This document shows, piece by piece, positions 19,548 through 28,185 of a DNA stretch of 53,830 bases. The notes below the pieces were generated by a model. It had not been told where the DNA came from, ran no database searches, and was given only the letters and a program-made list of their open reading frames with translations. Within the stretch, counting starts at the first letter, position 1. The number at the start of each line of letters is the position of its first letter. A program made the translations under genes and the position numbers. The DNA is from an uncultured virus (IMG/VR IMGVR_UViG_3300044858_003318) (taxonomy: Duplodnaviria > Heunggongvirae > Uroviricota > Caudoviricetes): the IMG/VR virus record IMGVR_UViG_3300044858_003318, one strand, 5' to 3'.

Positions 19548-21425
19548 TTATCCACCAACGCCAGGTTGGTTTTCTGTTGTTATACTAGCACGATTAGCAG
19601 CTCGATTTTCAGCTATTTTTTTAGCTTTCTCATCAGTTTGGTTTGTACCAAAATCACTTAACCAATTATCGCCACCTTCTTTTGGAATTCCTAGATCATT
19701 ATATTGTTTAGCCAATGAATACATACGTCCGCCTTTTTCAGGAAGATAATCAGATATAACATGTAATCCTAGTTGAACTGAAACTTTATGTGGTACTTGC
19801 ATCATTGTGCTATCTTGTTCTATGTTAATTTCCCAGGTAGTATCAGAATCCATAAATGTATATTGTAATGATGTAATTACTACCGGCTGTTGGACTAATA
19901 AATCACCAATTGTCATTCGTAGCCATGGACCTTTCATTGCTATTGTATCACTCGAATAATCAGGAGTAGTATATGCTGCTAATGCATTAATCTTACGATA
20001 CATCGGTTTCATTTCATCACGGGATGTAGCAAACATTGTGAATGATAAACTAACATCGCGAGAATATCCGGTATAAATGTAATTAGGGTCAGCACGACCA
20101 ACCATTTGAACTGCATCCCAGGATGGCGAATGACTATCAGAAAATGAATCTATTGTAGCTCGAAATACCATGATATCATCAACAGCATCTTCTGCTCCAT
20201 TGTGTAATTTAGGACCAGTAAAATAAAATTTTATAAAATCTTGTGTTAAATCGGTAGCATTTAATATATTTGAAATAGCATTCCACGTATCACTTCCATT
20301 AAATAGTTTAGGTTTCCACTGATATACTTGTGATAATTTTCGTTGACTGAAATCAATAACATTAATTTTATCACCTCTAAATTCAGTAGATAACTCTATA
20401 GGATTAAATGTAGGGATCCATTTACCTTTTGTACTTAATTTACCATCAGGTCCTATAGATGGTATAGGTGACCAATTTGTAGCAACTTGAGTTCTTGCTG
20501 TGAAATCTCGTCGTTGAGCATTAGTATCACCGTGATTACCAAATCCATATACTGACTCTAAATTGAATAATGTATATGCACCCCCTGGAGCTGCAGATGT
20601 TGCAGCAAATAATCCACTAATTGCAGAAGATTTAATATTTCCGCTAAATAAATTTCTAGCAGCTGCAGCAGCACCATCTATTCTAACATCATCTACGCTA
20701 AATACATATCCTTTAAACGTTCGAAAGTCTTTATATTTAGTTAATGACCATTCTTCTATTTCTTTTTTACGCGTGAATGGCATAATAGAATATGGTGTTC
20801 CTAAGTTTTCACTGCGAGTATCATCATCTAAACTTAATTTAAATATTGTAGAAATTGCAGTACTGGATAATTGATGAGTCATTGGAGTACCAAGACCAGC
20901 TGTAATTCCGACTAATGCATTTCTAATTGCATTTTTAAATATGGATCCCGGTGGTGTATTACCAATATTTTGCACAATATCAGCTCGTGTACGATATGTA
21001 AATCCGCTTGGATTAGATAGAGTTGAATTGTCGCCATTTGCAGACGGACCTAACACAATTTCTGGTGTATTAAATGGTACTGCGTATGAATATTGTGATA
21101 ATGATAATAAAATTCCGCCTGGAGTTGGATATTGTTTCGATACTGGACGAAATGAACTGTCAATAGTTGTTAAATAAATAGCACCTTCATATTCAGATAC
21201 CGTACCAATTGGAAATTGTGTATCAGAATATTTTTCTCGTCGGATTCCTATAGGAAATGGTGGAGGAGGAAATTCTGTGTCTGAATATTTCGATGGCTCT
21301 GCTGTATTTGGAAATGGCGGTGGCGGAAATTGTGTATCAGAATATTTTGATTGCCCTGCTGCCGGCGTAAATGGCGGAGGAGGAAAATTCGTACTGGAAT
21401 ATGGATTTTGATATGTATTTGACAT
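19548..21425 (-). CDS. Putative tail tube initiator (gp48/gp54-like) with Pro-rich N-terminal repeats
   Basis: C-half FRATIDSFSDS..W...GRADP.YIYTGYSRDVSLSF..P.LRMTIGDL; lies between tape measure and LysM genes. Confidence 0.65.
   Translation of the reverse strand: MSNTYQNPYSSTNFPPPPFTPAAGQSKYSDTQFPPPPFPNTAEPSKYSDTEFPPPPFPIGIRREKYSDTQFPIGTVSEYEGAIYLTTIDSSFRPVSKQYPTPGGILLSLSQYSYAVPFNTPEIVLGPSANGDNSTLSNPSGFTYRTRADIVQNIGNTPPGSIFKNAIRNALVGITAGLGTPMTHQLSSTAISTIFKLSLDDDTRSENLGTPYSIMPFTRKKEIEEWSLTKYKDFRTFKGYVFSVDDVRIDGAAAAARNLFSGNIKSSAISGLFAATSAAPGGAYTLFNLESVYGFGNHGDTNAQRRDFTARTQVATNWSPIPSIGPDGKLSTKGKWIPTFNPIELSTEFRGDKINVIDFSQRKLSQVYQWKPKLFNGSDTWNAISNILNATDLTQDFIKFYFTGPKLHNGAEDAVDDIMVFRATIDSFSDSHSPSWDAVQMVGRADPNYIYTGYSRDVSLSFTMFATSRDEMKPMYRKINALAAYTTPDYSSDTIAMKGPWLRMTIGDLLVQQPVVITSLQYTFMDSDTTWEINIEQDSTMMQVPHKVSVQLGLHVISDYLPEKGGRMYSLAKQYNDLGIPKEGGDNWLSDFGTNQTDEKAKKIAENRAANRASITTENQPGVGG
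21210..21402 (-). repeat. Four copies of a (K)YS(D/S)TxFPPPPF peptide repeat (the fourth truncated)
   Basis: YSSTNFPPPPF, KYSDTQFPPPPF, KYSDTEFPPPPF, KYSDTQFP. Confidence 0.9.
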
Positions 21426-21435
21426 TTTATTAATC

Positions 21436-23109
21436 CTATATTATATTCGTGTTATTCATTACTGAATTATCTAATATTTGTAATGAAGATCGAATTTTTT
21501 GACCATCAAATACATTGGTTACATGAAAACTCATTCCTTTTAATGCTGCAGCTACAGCAGATCCAACAGATTCTCCAGAACCATTTCCTCGCGATCCGAC
21601 TGCGTCCCGAATACCTGGCATAGCTAATACATCATCTCGGCTATCTAATGCAAATGATCCAAATGGCCCTGACACGACAGTACCCGCGGATGCTGGTATA
21701 AATACATCTTGTTTAGGGGTAGTATTTAATGGCAATGTGTCCCGATCTTGCCTGGTTGTTATTCCTTTTATATTTAATAAATCTACAACGATACTACCAA
21801 CATTCATTAACCCTATAGCAGTGCCGATTATTCCAGATCCTTTATTAATTGCCTGATTTGCTAGTTTACCAGCACCAGCATAAGTAGCGTCAGATGCAGC
21901 TTGGAATCCTGTATTTAGTTTTTTAACTTCTTCAGAATAATCTCCAAGTGCATCTATTTGTGCCTTAACGTTTCGATCTAGTTGTTGCACTTGCTGTGAA
22001 CGTTCATCGCCTAATTTAATCTGCTCTTCAAAATTCTTACCATTAATTACTGTTGCATCGACTTGTGCGTTAATAAGTTTTAAACTATCTTCATGTGTTA
22101 GTTTTTGAGCTTTTAATTGTTCATACATTTTAAATGCATCATCTACCGATATACCTGCTATATCATTAAAACGTTGTTGTAGATAGACATTATCTCGCAA
22201 GTCATCACCATATTTTTCAACCAATCCTGCATATAGTTCAACTTGACGATTTGCATCTTGCGCAAGTACAGCTTTTTGCATTTCAACTGCAAAATCTTCA
22301 CCTTTTTGTGTAGTTAATTCTTCACCCGTTAATAATTGAAATTCTAGTTGACCAGCAATTGCGCTTTCTACATCTAAAAATTGTTGTGCACCATCTGTAA
22401 GAGTTGATAATGATGTACCTAATAATTTTGTTTTAGCCAATGCTAGGCCTAGTTGGTGTGGCATTCTGCCGAATGTAACCCGTTGTTTTGCTTCTAAATC
22501 AGTAAACGAATCTAATATATCTGTCATTGCACCTTCATAGCCTAACTTTTCTAAAGATGCAGCTACATCAGCAAATTGTTCTGCTGACTGCTCGAATGTA
22601 ATACCCATATTAGAATATAATACTGTTTGTGTACGAGCAAAACTTTCATTGGCTTCTGCGGTTAATCCTAATCGGTTTCGCAATGCTTCACTTTGTTTCA
22701 ATAACATTGCACCAGCACCGGTAGTATTATTATATATCTTAGTAGTGCCAACAAATAAATTTCTTAATTCAACAGCATATTGTTTATTCTTTTGTGAATT
22801 AGTTCCTAATTCGCGTGATATTTTATCAATTTTAACACCAAATTTAGCAGCGTTTTCTCCATTAATATTAAATCCTTCTGATAACTCTTGATTTAGATCT
22901 TGAAGTATTGATAAATTTTGTACTACTCCACTAATCTGATCTGCTAGTTTACCAAATACATTTAAACGGATAATTTCATCGCCGCCGACTTTATATAAAT
23001 CAAATACCTGTTTAAGACCAGCTGTTACTTGGCTTAATGGATCAACTGCCTGTCCATGCCTTGGTTGTTGTTTTAAGCGACTAATTAGTTGATCTCGATG
23101 CAAATTCAT
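21436..23109 (-). CDS. Putative tape measure protein
   Basis: Ala/Gln/Leu-rich helical 557-aa protein directly after the tail chaperone pair. Confidence 0.65.
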   Translation of the reverse strand: MNLHRDQLISRLKQQPRHGQAVDPLSQVTAGLKQVFDLYKVGGDEIIRLNVFGKLADQISGVVQNLSILQDLNQELSEGFNINGENAAKFGVKIDKISRELGTNSQKNKQYAVELRNLFVGTTKIYNNTTGAGAMLLKQSEALRNRLGLTAEANESFARTQTVLYSNMGITFEQSAEQFADVAASLEKLGYEGAMTDILDSFTDLEAKQRVTFGRMPHQLGLALAKTKLLGTSLSTLTDGAQQFLDVESAIAGQLEFQLLTGEELTTQKGEDFAVEMQKAVLAQDANRQVELYAGLVEKYGDDLRDNVYLQQRFNDIAGISVDDAFKMYEQLKAQKLTHEDSLKLINAQVDATVINGKNFEEQIKLGDERSQQVQQLDRNVKAQIDALGDYSEEVKKLNTGFQAASDATYAGAGKLANQAINKGSGIIGTAIGLMNVGSIVVDLLNIKGITTRQDRDTLPLNTTPKQDVFIPASAGTVVSGPFGSFALDSRDDVLAMPGIRDAVGSRGNGSGESVGSAVAAALKGMSFHVTNVFDGQKIRSSLQILDNSVMNNTNII

Positions 23110-23134
23110 ATAAATCGTACTTTATTATAAATAT

Positions 23135-23368
23135 TTACAATGGAGATTTTACGATAGGTTTTTTAGAAGCAGACGCTTTGGCTTTCTTTTTCTCATGACG
23201 TTGTTTATCTTCTTCAATTATCTGATTGACTTTATTGATCCAGAATCTACGTAAATACACTGGCATACTGTATAAATCAGACCATGTCCATCGACCTTGA
23301 CCAAACCAAACTAGATTGAATAAAGATTCATGAAGTTGTACGCGGTCTTCTGGTTTAAAACCAAAAAA
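23135..23368 (-). CDS. Downstream (GT-like) half of the tail assembly chaperone, probably reached by frameshift
   Basis: FFGFKPEDRVQLHESLF..WTWSDLYSMPVYLRRFWI; the ORF-track Mets lie deep inside the upstream gene. Confidence 0.6.
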   Translation of the reverse strand, partial: FFGFKPEDRVQLHESLFNLVWFGQGRWTWSDLYSMPVYLRRFWINKVNQIIEEDKQRHEKKKAKASASKKPIVKSPL

Positions 23369-24116
23369 GGTCTGCTCCAATTTGAAACATTGCAGTGAAG
23401 GTGTCCCCATCTTCACCTTCGAATTCATATTCTAATACAACACTCGGTGTATTATCACTCATATAATTCCGGAATTTTTTAGATTCAGATGCTAAAAATT
23501 TATATCGAATGAAATCATCAATGTCTGTTTTTGATCGAGAATCATTAACTTGACAAATAGTATGTTCTAAAAATTTTGAAATAGATAAATCTACATTATC
23601 ATTGTTTAACAAAAATTTAAATTTTAATTTAGTTCCATTTGTTAGTTCATAATCAAATTCACCATTTTCATCAGAAACTAAATTGAATTCTGAATGTTTT
23701 AATTTGTTTAAATCGACAATGCGTTGCAACGTGTTACTTGTTTTAGGATTTGTTACTTGAACTGGATAATCCTTTCCGTAACTTAATATACGGGCTGAGA
23801 TAATCAATCCATTTTTGTCTACGCGCGAAATAGTTGAATAATCTACAGGAGTTACTATCAATGATTCTAACAATTTATCTAATACAACGCCTTCTCGTAT
23901 ATATGATGGATTAGTTAGAATATCTTCATCATATGCTGTCATGTACCGCATTTCAATAGTACCATCACGTAATGGATGATCTTTTGGATATACCATTCCG
24001 TTGCTAACTAAACGAATTAATTCGCTAGGAATACTGCTTCGTTTGCTGTCTTCATACTGTTTTTTAGCAAGTTGTATTAAATCTTGATTGGTTACTCGAT
24101 CTGTCATTGCACTCAT
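23355..24116 (-). CDS. Tail assembly chaperone / T4 gp26-like hub assembly protein
   Basis: LVSNGMVYP, EMRYMTAYDEDIL, ARILSYG.DY; start 24116 has AAGGAG upstream. Confidence 0.75.
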   Translation of the reverse strand: MSAMTDRVTNQDLIQLAKKQYEDSKRSSIPSELIRLVSNGMVYPKDHPLRDGTIEMRYMTAYDEDILTNPSYIREGVVLDKLLESLIVTPVDYSTISRVDKNGLIISARILSYGKDYPVQVTNPKTSNTLQRIVDLNKLKHSEFNLVSDENGEFDYELTNGTKLKFKFLLNNDNVDLSISKFLEHTICQVNDSRSKTDIDDFIRYKFLASESKKFRNYMSDNTPSVVLEYEFEGEDGDTFTAMFQIGADLFWF

Positions 24117-24158
24117 TATTCTCCTTATAACTTCTTTTAAATAAATATGTTTGAACAT

Positions 24159-24184
24159 AAAAAATGGGGACAACTGCCCCCATT
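24159..24184 (-). terminator. Intrinsic terminator after the tail tube gene
   Basis: AAUGGGGGC-loop-GUCCCCAUU plus U-run. Confidence 0.8.
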
Positions 24185-24203
24185 AAATAGTATAATATCA
24201 ATA

Positions 24204-24719
24204 TTAGTATTGAAGAATTGCGTAATCATATTTAAGCGTTAATTCAATCATCATCGCTTCTTCTGTTCCCCAATCCATGTTTCCAAAGTTTGCATCTGAA
24301 ATAAATGCTCCTTTTAAAGTCCAGTTTTCAATTTTTTCACCTAATGCTGATAATGCATAAAATTCTAAATCGCGTTTATAATCAGTAGAATATCCATCTC
24401 TACCAGTTAATGATTCGTGGTGGAAACGTACCCATTCCATTACTGCCTGAGCGCCTTCTGATGTAATTGGATCATATATAGATATCGAAACATCACTCCA
24501 ACGAGATTTTCCTTTAACTTTTCGGTCAATATTGATATGATCTAGAACAATTTCACCATTTGTTATAGTAGGGCGAGCTGCAGCTTTAACTAGATATGCC
24601 GGAATATTTGTACCTGCTAATTGCATAATAAATCTATTGGCATATTTCGGTTCCCACGAAAACGCACTATTAAATAAATCATTCTGACTAATATCAGGTA
24701 AAGTTGGTGTTAATGCCAT
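24204..24719 (-). CDS. Tail tube protein (T4 gp19-like)
   Basis: EPKYANRF, RPTI, KGKSRWSDV, WTLKGAF, LTLKYDYA; follows the sheath gene. Confidence 0.92.
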   Translation of the reverse strand: MALTPTLPDISQNDLFNSAFSWEPKYANRFIMQLAGTNIPAYLVKAAARPTITNGEIVLDHINIDRKVKGKSRWSDVSISIYDPITSEGAQAVMEWVRFHHESLTGRDGYSTDYKRDLEFYALSALGEKIENWTLKGAFISDANFGNMDWGTEEAMMIELTLKYDYAILQY

Positions 24720-24761
24720 TTGGTATCCTTCATTACTTTTTTATATAAATATCAGCAAAGT

Positions 24762-24790
24762 AAAAAAGGTAGAACCGAAGTCCTACCTTT
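24762..24790 (-). terminator. Intrinsic terminator with cUUCGg tetraloop after the sheath gene
   Basis: AGGUAGGAC-UUCG-GUUCUACCU-UUUUU. Confidence 0.9.
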
Positions 24791-24810
24791 TAATGATTAG
24801 ATTTAAAATA

Positions 24811-27303
24811 CTATTCTGGGAAACTTGCTCCAGTAGGTTGAATATTGAAATCTAAAATAATAAATTCAGCCGTACGTGTCGGTTGAAGGAAGATTTGACC
24901 ATATAAAATATTTTGATCAATCAAATCTGGTGTATTATTTGAAGAATCCATTACTACACGGAATGCAAATAATCCTTGTTTAGCTTTTACCTGATCTAGG
25001 TATGGATTAACAATTGACAAGAAACGTAAACGTGTTGCATCAGTGTTTTGTTCAAATACTAAGTATCTAGTAGATGATGCAATAAACTTCTTCACAGTAA
25101 GCAGTAAACGACGCACATTTACTCGGTCTAATGCACTTGGAATTCCTTGTAGAGTCTTTTGCCCCCAAATACATACTCCGTCGTTAGGGAAGTTGGCAAT
25201 AGGGTTTACGCGAGCTTCATACAATGTGTCCCGATCTGATTGATTCAAGTTAGTATATACATCTGATACTGTGGTTAAACCACCGCGTGTCAATCCAGCT
25301 GGTGCATACCATGGTGCGGCAACAGAATCGTTAAATGATAACACGCCTGGTACTACAACGGATGGTGGAACCCATAATGGCACATTTTTAGCAGGATTAA
25401 CTATTCTAACCCATGGCCAATATGTTGCAGTATAATTTGTATCTAATGTGGTAACATTATTAACCACGGTAGGAATTGATTCTGTTAATCCGTTTGAATC
25501 CATTACATAGAATGCATCTTGACGAGTTTCTACCATGTTAATTGCTGCACTAGTTACAATGCTGTGTTCGCTATTAATAATACCAGGGGTTACTAACATG
25601 TTAATGTCATAGTAATCAGTATCACTTAGCAATGCAAATGCTTTGTTATATGCTTTTGTTCCAGCTGTGCTTGTACCTGAACAATTGAATCCAAATGTGT
25701 TGTCATTTGTAATGTATTGTCCTGAGTATTTTTTTAGGTTTGGTTTAGCCCCATCAAATCCGCCTTGCATCGGTACAATGAACTTACGTGTACTAAGTGC
25801 TACGTTAGCTGTAAAGTATGAATTACCTGTTGTCAATGCTGTTTCTAAACTTCCGGAATATGGTGATGTTGTTGTAGGAAAACCTGCAGCTGCATCTTGA
25901 TTCACATTACCTAAATAAAAGTCAGTGTTACTACCAGTTACTGAACCAGATGTTGGTACTGGTGCTAAGTAATTCAAGTTATTAACATTGCTAAAGTTAA
26001 ATCCAAAATAGTTATTTGCGTTGTATGTAGTTACAACTTGTGATGTTAGATATGTAGTAGCAGTTAAGTTAACAGAACCAGATGGCATCGGTATTGGTGA
26101 ATTCAACGCACGGAATCCAAATGGAATCAAACTTTTATCATTTGTTTTTGTTTCAACACCAGTTGTTACTTCTACTCGGATGTATTTTGAAAGGTTTGGA
26201 TATGCACCGTAACGAACAATTTTATTATCATCTGACACAATCTGATAACGATCTCCAATTACCCGAGAGATGTATCTAGATGAATCTGGATTTAAATTGA
26301 CATTTTGAAATACTTCAACAATATCAGGATTTCGGTCTGTGTCTTGAGATGAATATGGTGAGTTTGGAATATTATTAGTATTAACTCGTCGAACTTCCAC
26401 AGTAAATGTACCATATCCAGATGGATCAGAAACTTCAGCTGAAGTACGTACATCTCGAATACCAACTTTAACCTCATGGTTAACTGATGTACCATCTGCT
26501 AATGCATAGAAACGGAACAAGTCTTTAGATACAACTCCTACTTTTTGTGATGTTATCCATGGAGTAGCAGCTTTACCATCTAAATTACCATAATCAGTTA
26601 GCAATTCATAGTTTGAAATTATTGCTAGTTTCGTAGTAATATTGCCTGGATTTGCAAATGCAGCAAATGCAGTCGGATTTTCATACAATACATATGCTGG
26701 ATAGTCTACCGATTTAGGACCAGTTCCAAATACTTTAGCTAAATAGTTATTAGCATTTGGATTAATAGAAGCGGATATCGCAGTATCTTGTGATACTAGG
26801 AATGATCCATCAAATCCAATGGCAGCATCGGTTGATGCAACTGCACTAGATCCGGATATTTTAATTGCAAATGATCCTGACCCAGCATCAGTTAACACTG
26901 AATTTTCAAATATTGGTGTAGCACCATCTGCTTCTACTGCTTGCACTGGATGAAGTACATGTGTTACTACTTCTACTTTAGATGCGCCAGATCCCGAAGC
27001 TGCAATGATTGCTAATGCTCCATTTGTTAATTTATACCCATCTTCATATAAAAGACGAGTTACTGTGATTACACTTCCGTTACGTAAATAATCTTGAACG
27101 ACAAATGGCACATATGAATCATCTGTATATGATCCAAATGTTGCTACAAAATCGCTATAATTTCTTATTTGCGTAGGAATTAGTGCTGGTCCTTTCACAG
27201 TTGGACCTACTATTGCTGCACCTATTGCAGCAACGCCACCAGCTAAAAACGATTGATCTACTTCGTTCGTAAATACGCCTGGTGACACAATTCTTTCTGC
27301 CAT
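24811..27303 (-). CDS. Contractile tail sheath protein (T4 gp18-like)
   Basis: SPGVFTNE, WYAPAG..RG, WGQKTL, DRVNVRRL, PTRTAEFI. Confidence 0.97.
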   Translation of the reverse strand: MAERIVSPGVFTNEVDQSFLAGGVAAIGAAIVGPTVKGPALIPTQIRNYSDFVATFGSYTDDSYVPFVVQDYLRNGSVITVTRLLYEDGYKLTNGALAIIAASGSGASKVEVVTHVLHPVQAVEADGATPIFENSVLTDAGSGSFAIKISGSSAVASTDAAIGFDGSFLVSQDTAISASINPNANNYLAKVFGTGPKSVDYPAYVLYENPTAFAAFANPGNITTKLAIISNYELLTDYGNLDGKAATPWITSQKVGVVSKDLFRFYALADGTSVNHEVKVGIRDVRTSAEVSDPSGYGTFTVEVRRVNTNNIPNSPYSSQDTDRNPDIVEVFQNVNLNPDSSRYISRVIGDRYQIVSDDNKIVRYGAYPNLSKYIRVEVTTGVETKTNDKSLIPFGFRALNSPIPMPSGSVNLTATTYLTSQVVTTYNANNYFGFNFSNVNNLNYLAPVPTSGSVTGSNTDFYLGNVNQDAAAGFPTTTSPYSGSLETALTTGNSYFTANVALSTRKFIVPMQGGFDGAKPNLKKYSGQYITNDNTFGFNCSGTSTAGTKAYNKAFALLSDTDYYDINMLVTPGIINSEHSIVTSAAINMVETRQDAFYVMDSNGLTESIPTVVNNVTTLDTNYTATYWPWVRIVNPAKNVPLWVPPSVVVPGVLSFNDSVAAPWYAPAGLTRGGLTTVSDVYTNLNQSDRDTLYEARVNPIANFPNDGVCIWGQKTLQGIPSALDRVNVRRLLLTVKKFIASSTRYLVFEQNTDATRLRFLSIVNPYLDQVKAKQGLFAFRVVMDSSNNTPDLIDQNILYGQIFLQPTRTAEFIILDFNIQPTGASFPE

Positions 27304-27347
27304 TAAATTACTCCTATGATTTGTTTATTATAAATATAATGCTAATG

Positions 27348-27620
27348 TTACTGACCAACAGGAGTAAATGTGCCGGCAGCAATATTTATTTCACCGTCTC
27401 CATACCGCTCTTTAAGTTTTTCTAGTAAGGATGATTCATCATTTCGTAATTTATCAAATCGAGCTAATAATTGAGTTTCTTGTTCAGCAAGTTGTTCTAG
27501 TTGCCGTTTTAATAGTTGTTTTTCAATTGATACATTGCCGATGTAAGATGCAACCTCAGAAAACCCTGTTCGTAACTCTTGTATTGCATCTAAATGTTCT
27601 TTGTCTAATTTTCGTGTCAT
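27348..27620 (-). CDS. Small coiled-coil protein (candidate fibre chaperone)
   Basis: 90 aa, heptad-rich; has its own class A promoter. Confidence 0.7.
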   Translation of the reverse strand: MTRKLDKEHLDAIQELRTGFSEVASYIGNVSIEKQLLKRQLEQLAEQETQLLARFDKLRNDESSLLEKLKERYGDGEINIAAGTFTPVGQ

Positions 27621-27638
27621 ATGTAACCGTTTCTTGAT

Positions 27639-27667
27639 ATAATAAGAAGTATTTATATAAAATCCAA
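27639..27667 (-). promoter_or_regulatory. Class A promoter TTGGAT-N17-TATTAT
   Basis: Exact 17-nt spacer. Confidence 0.6.
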
Positions 27668-27668
27668 A

Positions 27669-27905
27669 TTACCAACTAGTAATTATTATGATTCCAGATC
27701 CGCCATAACCACCTTGACCACCAGTGCCTGTTGTATTTCCTATTAAACTTCCGCTTAATCTTAAACTTCCTGTTAAAGTAAATGAGCCAGACACAGTTAT
27801 ATCGTATGCTTCAACTTTAGTAAAAGCATCAATTGATTGGGTAACATGCCAAGCATCAACTTGTTCTCCAGTTACTATTCCAGTTTTAGATAAAACTTTA
27901 GCCAT
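27669..27905 (-). CDS. Very short fibre-like protein, possibly internally deleted
   Basis: N-terminal anchor-like segment with ITVSGS/LTGS motifs joined directly to GGQGGYGGSGIIIITSW. Confidence 0.6.
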   Translation of the reverse strand: MAKVLSKTGIVTGEQVDAWHVTQSIDAFTKVEAYDITVSGSFTLTGSLRLSGSLIGNTTGTGGQGGYGGSGIIIITSW

Positions 27906-27930
27906 TTAGTTTTATTATAAATATTAAATT

Positions 27931-28167
27931 TTAAAGCATTTCAACATCATTTATGTTGATAGAGAAATCACTTACAGATAGTGTATCTCCATCCAATGTA
28001 AAATCTGTTCGATAGTCTAAAGGTGTACCTGCAGGTATATTTGAAGTGTCGATTTTTAATCCATATCCTGCTCCATCAACATAAACATTGATGATTTGGT
28101 TGTAATCAAAATCAACTAATTCAACTGCTGTTAAAGTTTTGTCTTGTAAAAATTCTTTAAGTGTCAT
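27931..28167 (-). CDS. Hypothetical acidic protein
   Basis: 78-aa ORF. Confidence 0.7.
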   Translation of the reverse strand: MTLKEFLQDKTLTAVELVDFDYNQIINVYVDGAGYGLKIDTSNIPAGTPLDYRTDFTLDGDTLSVSDFSININDVEML

Positions 28168-28185
28168 AAATTTAATTGTTTTACA

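Noticed and set aside
21250..21390. FPPPP as a eukaryotic Ena/VASP EVH1-ligand mimic (ActA-like)
   Set aside because: The context is a bacteriophage baseplate gene with no sign of a eukaryotic target; the match is probably coincidental
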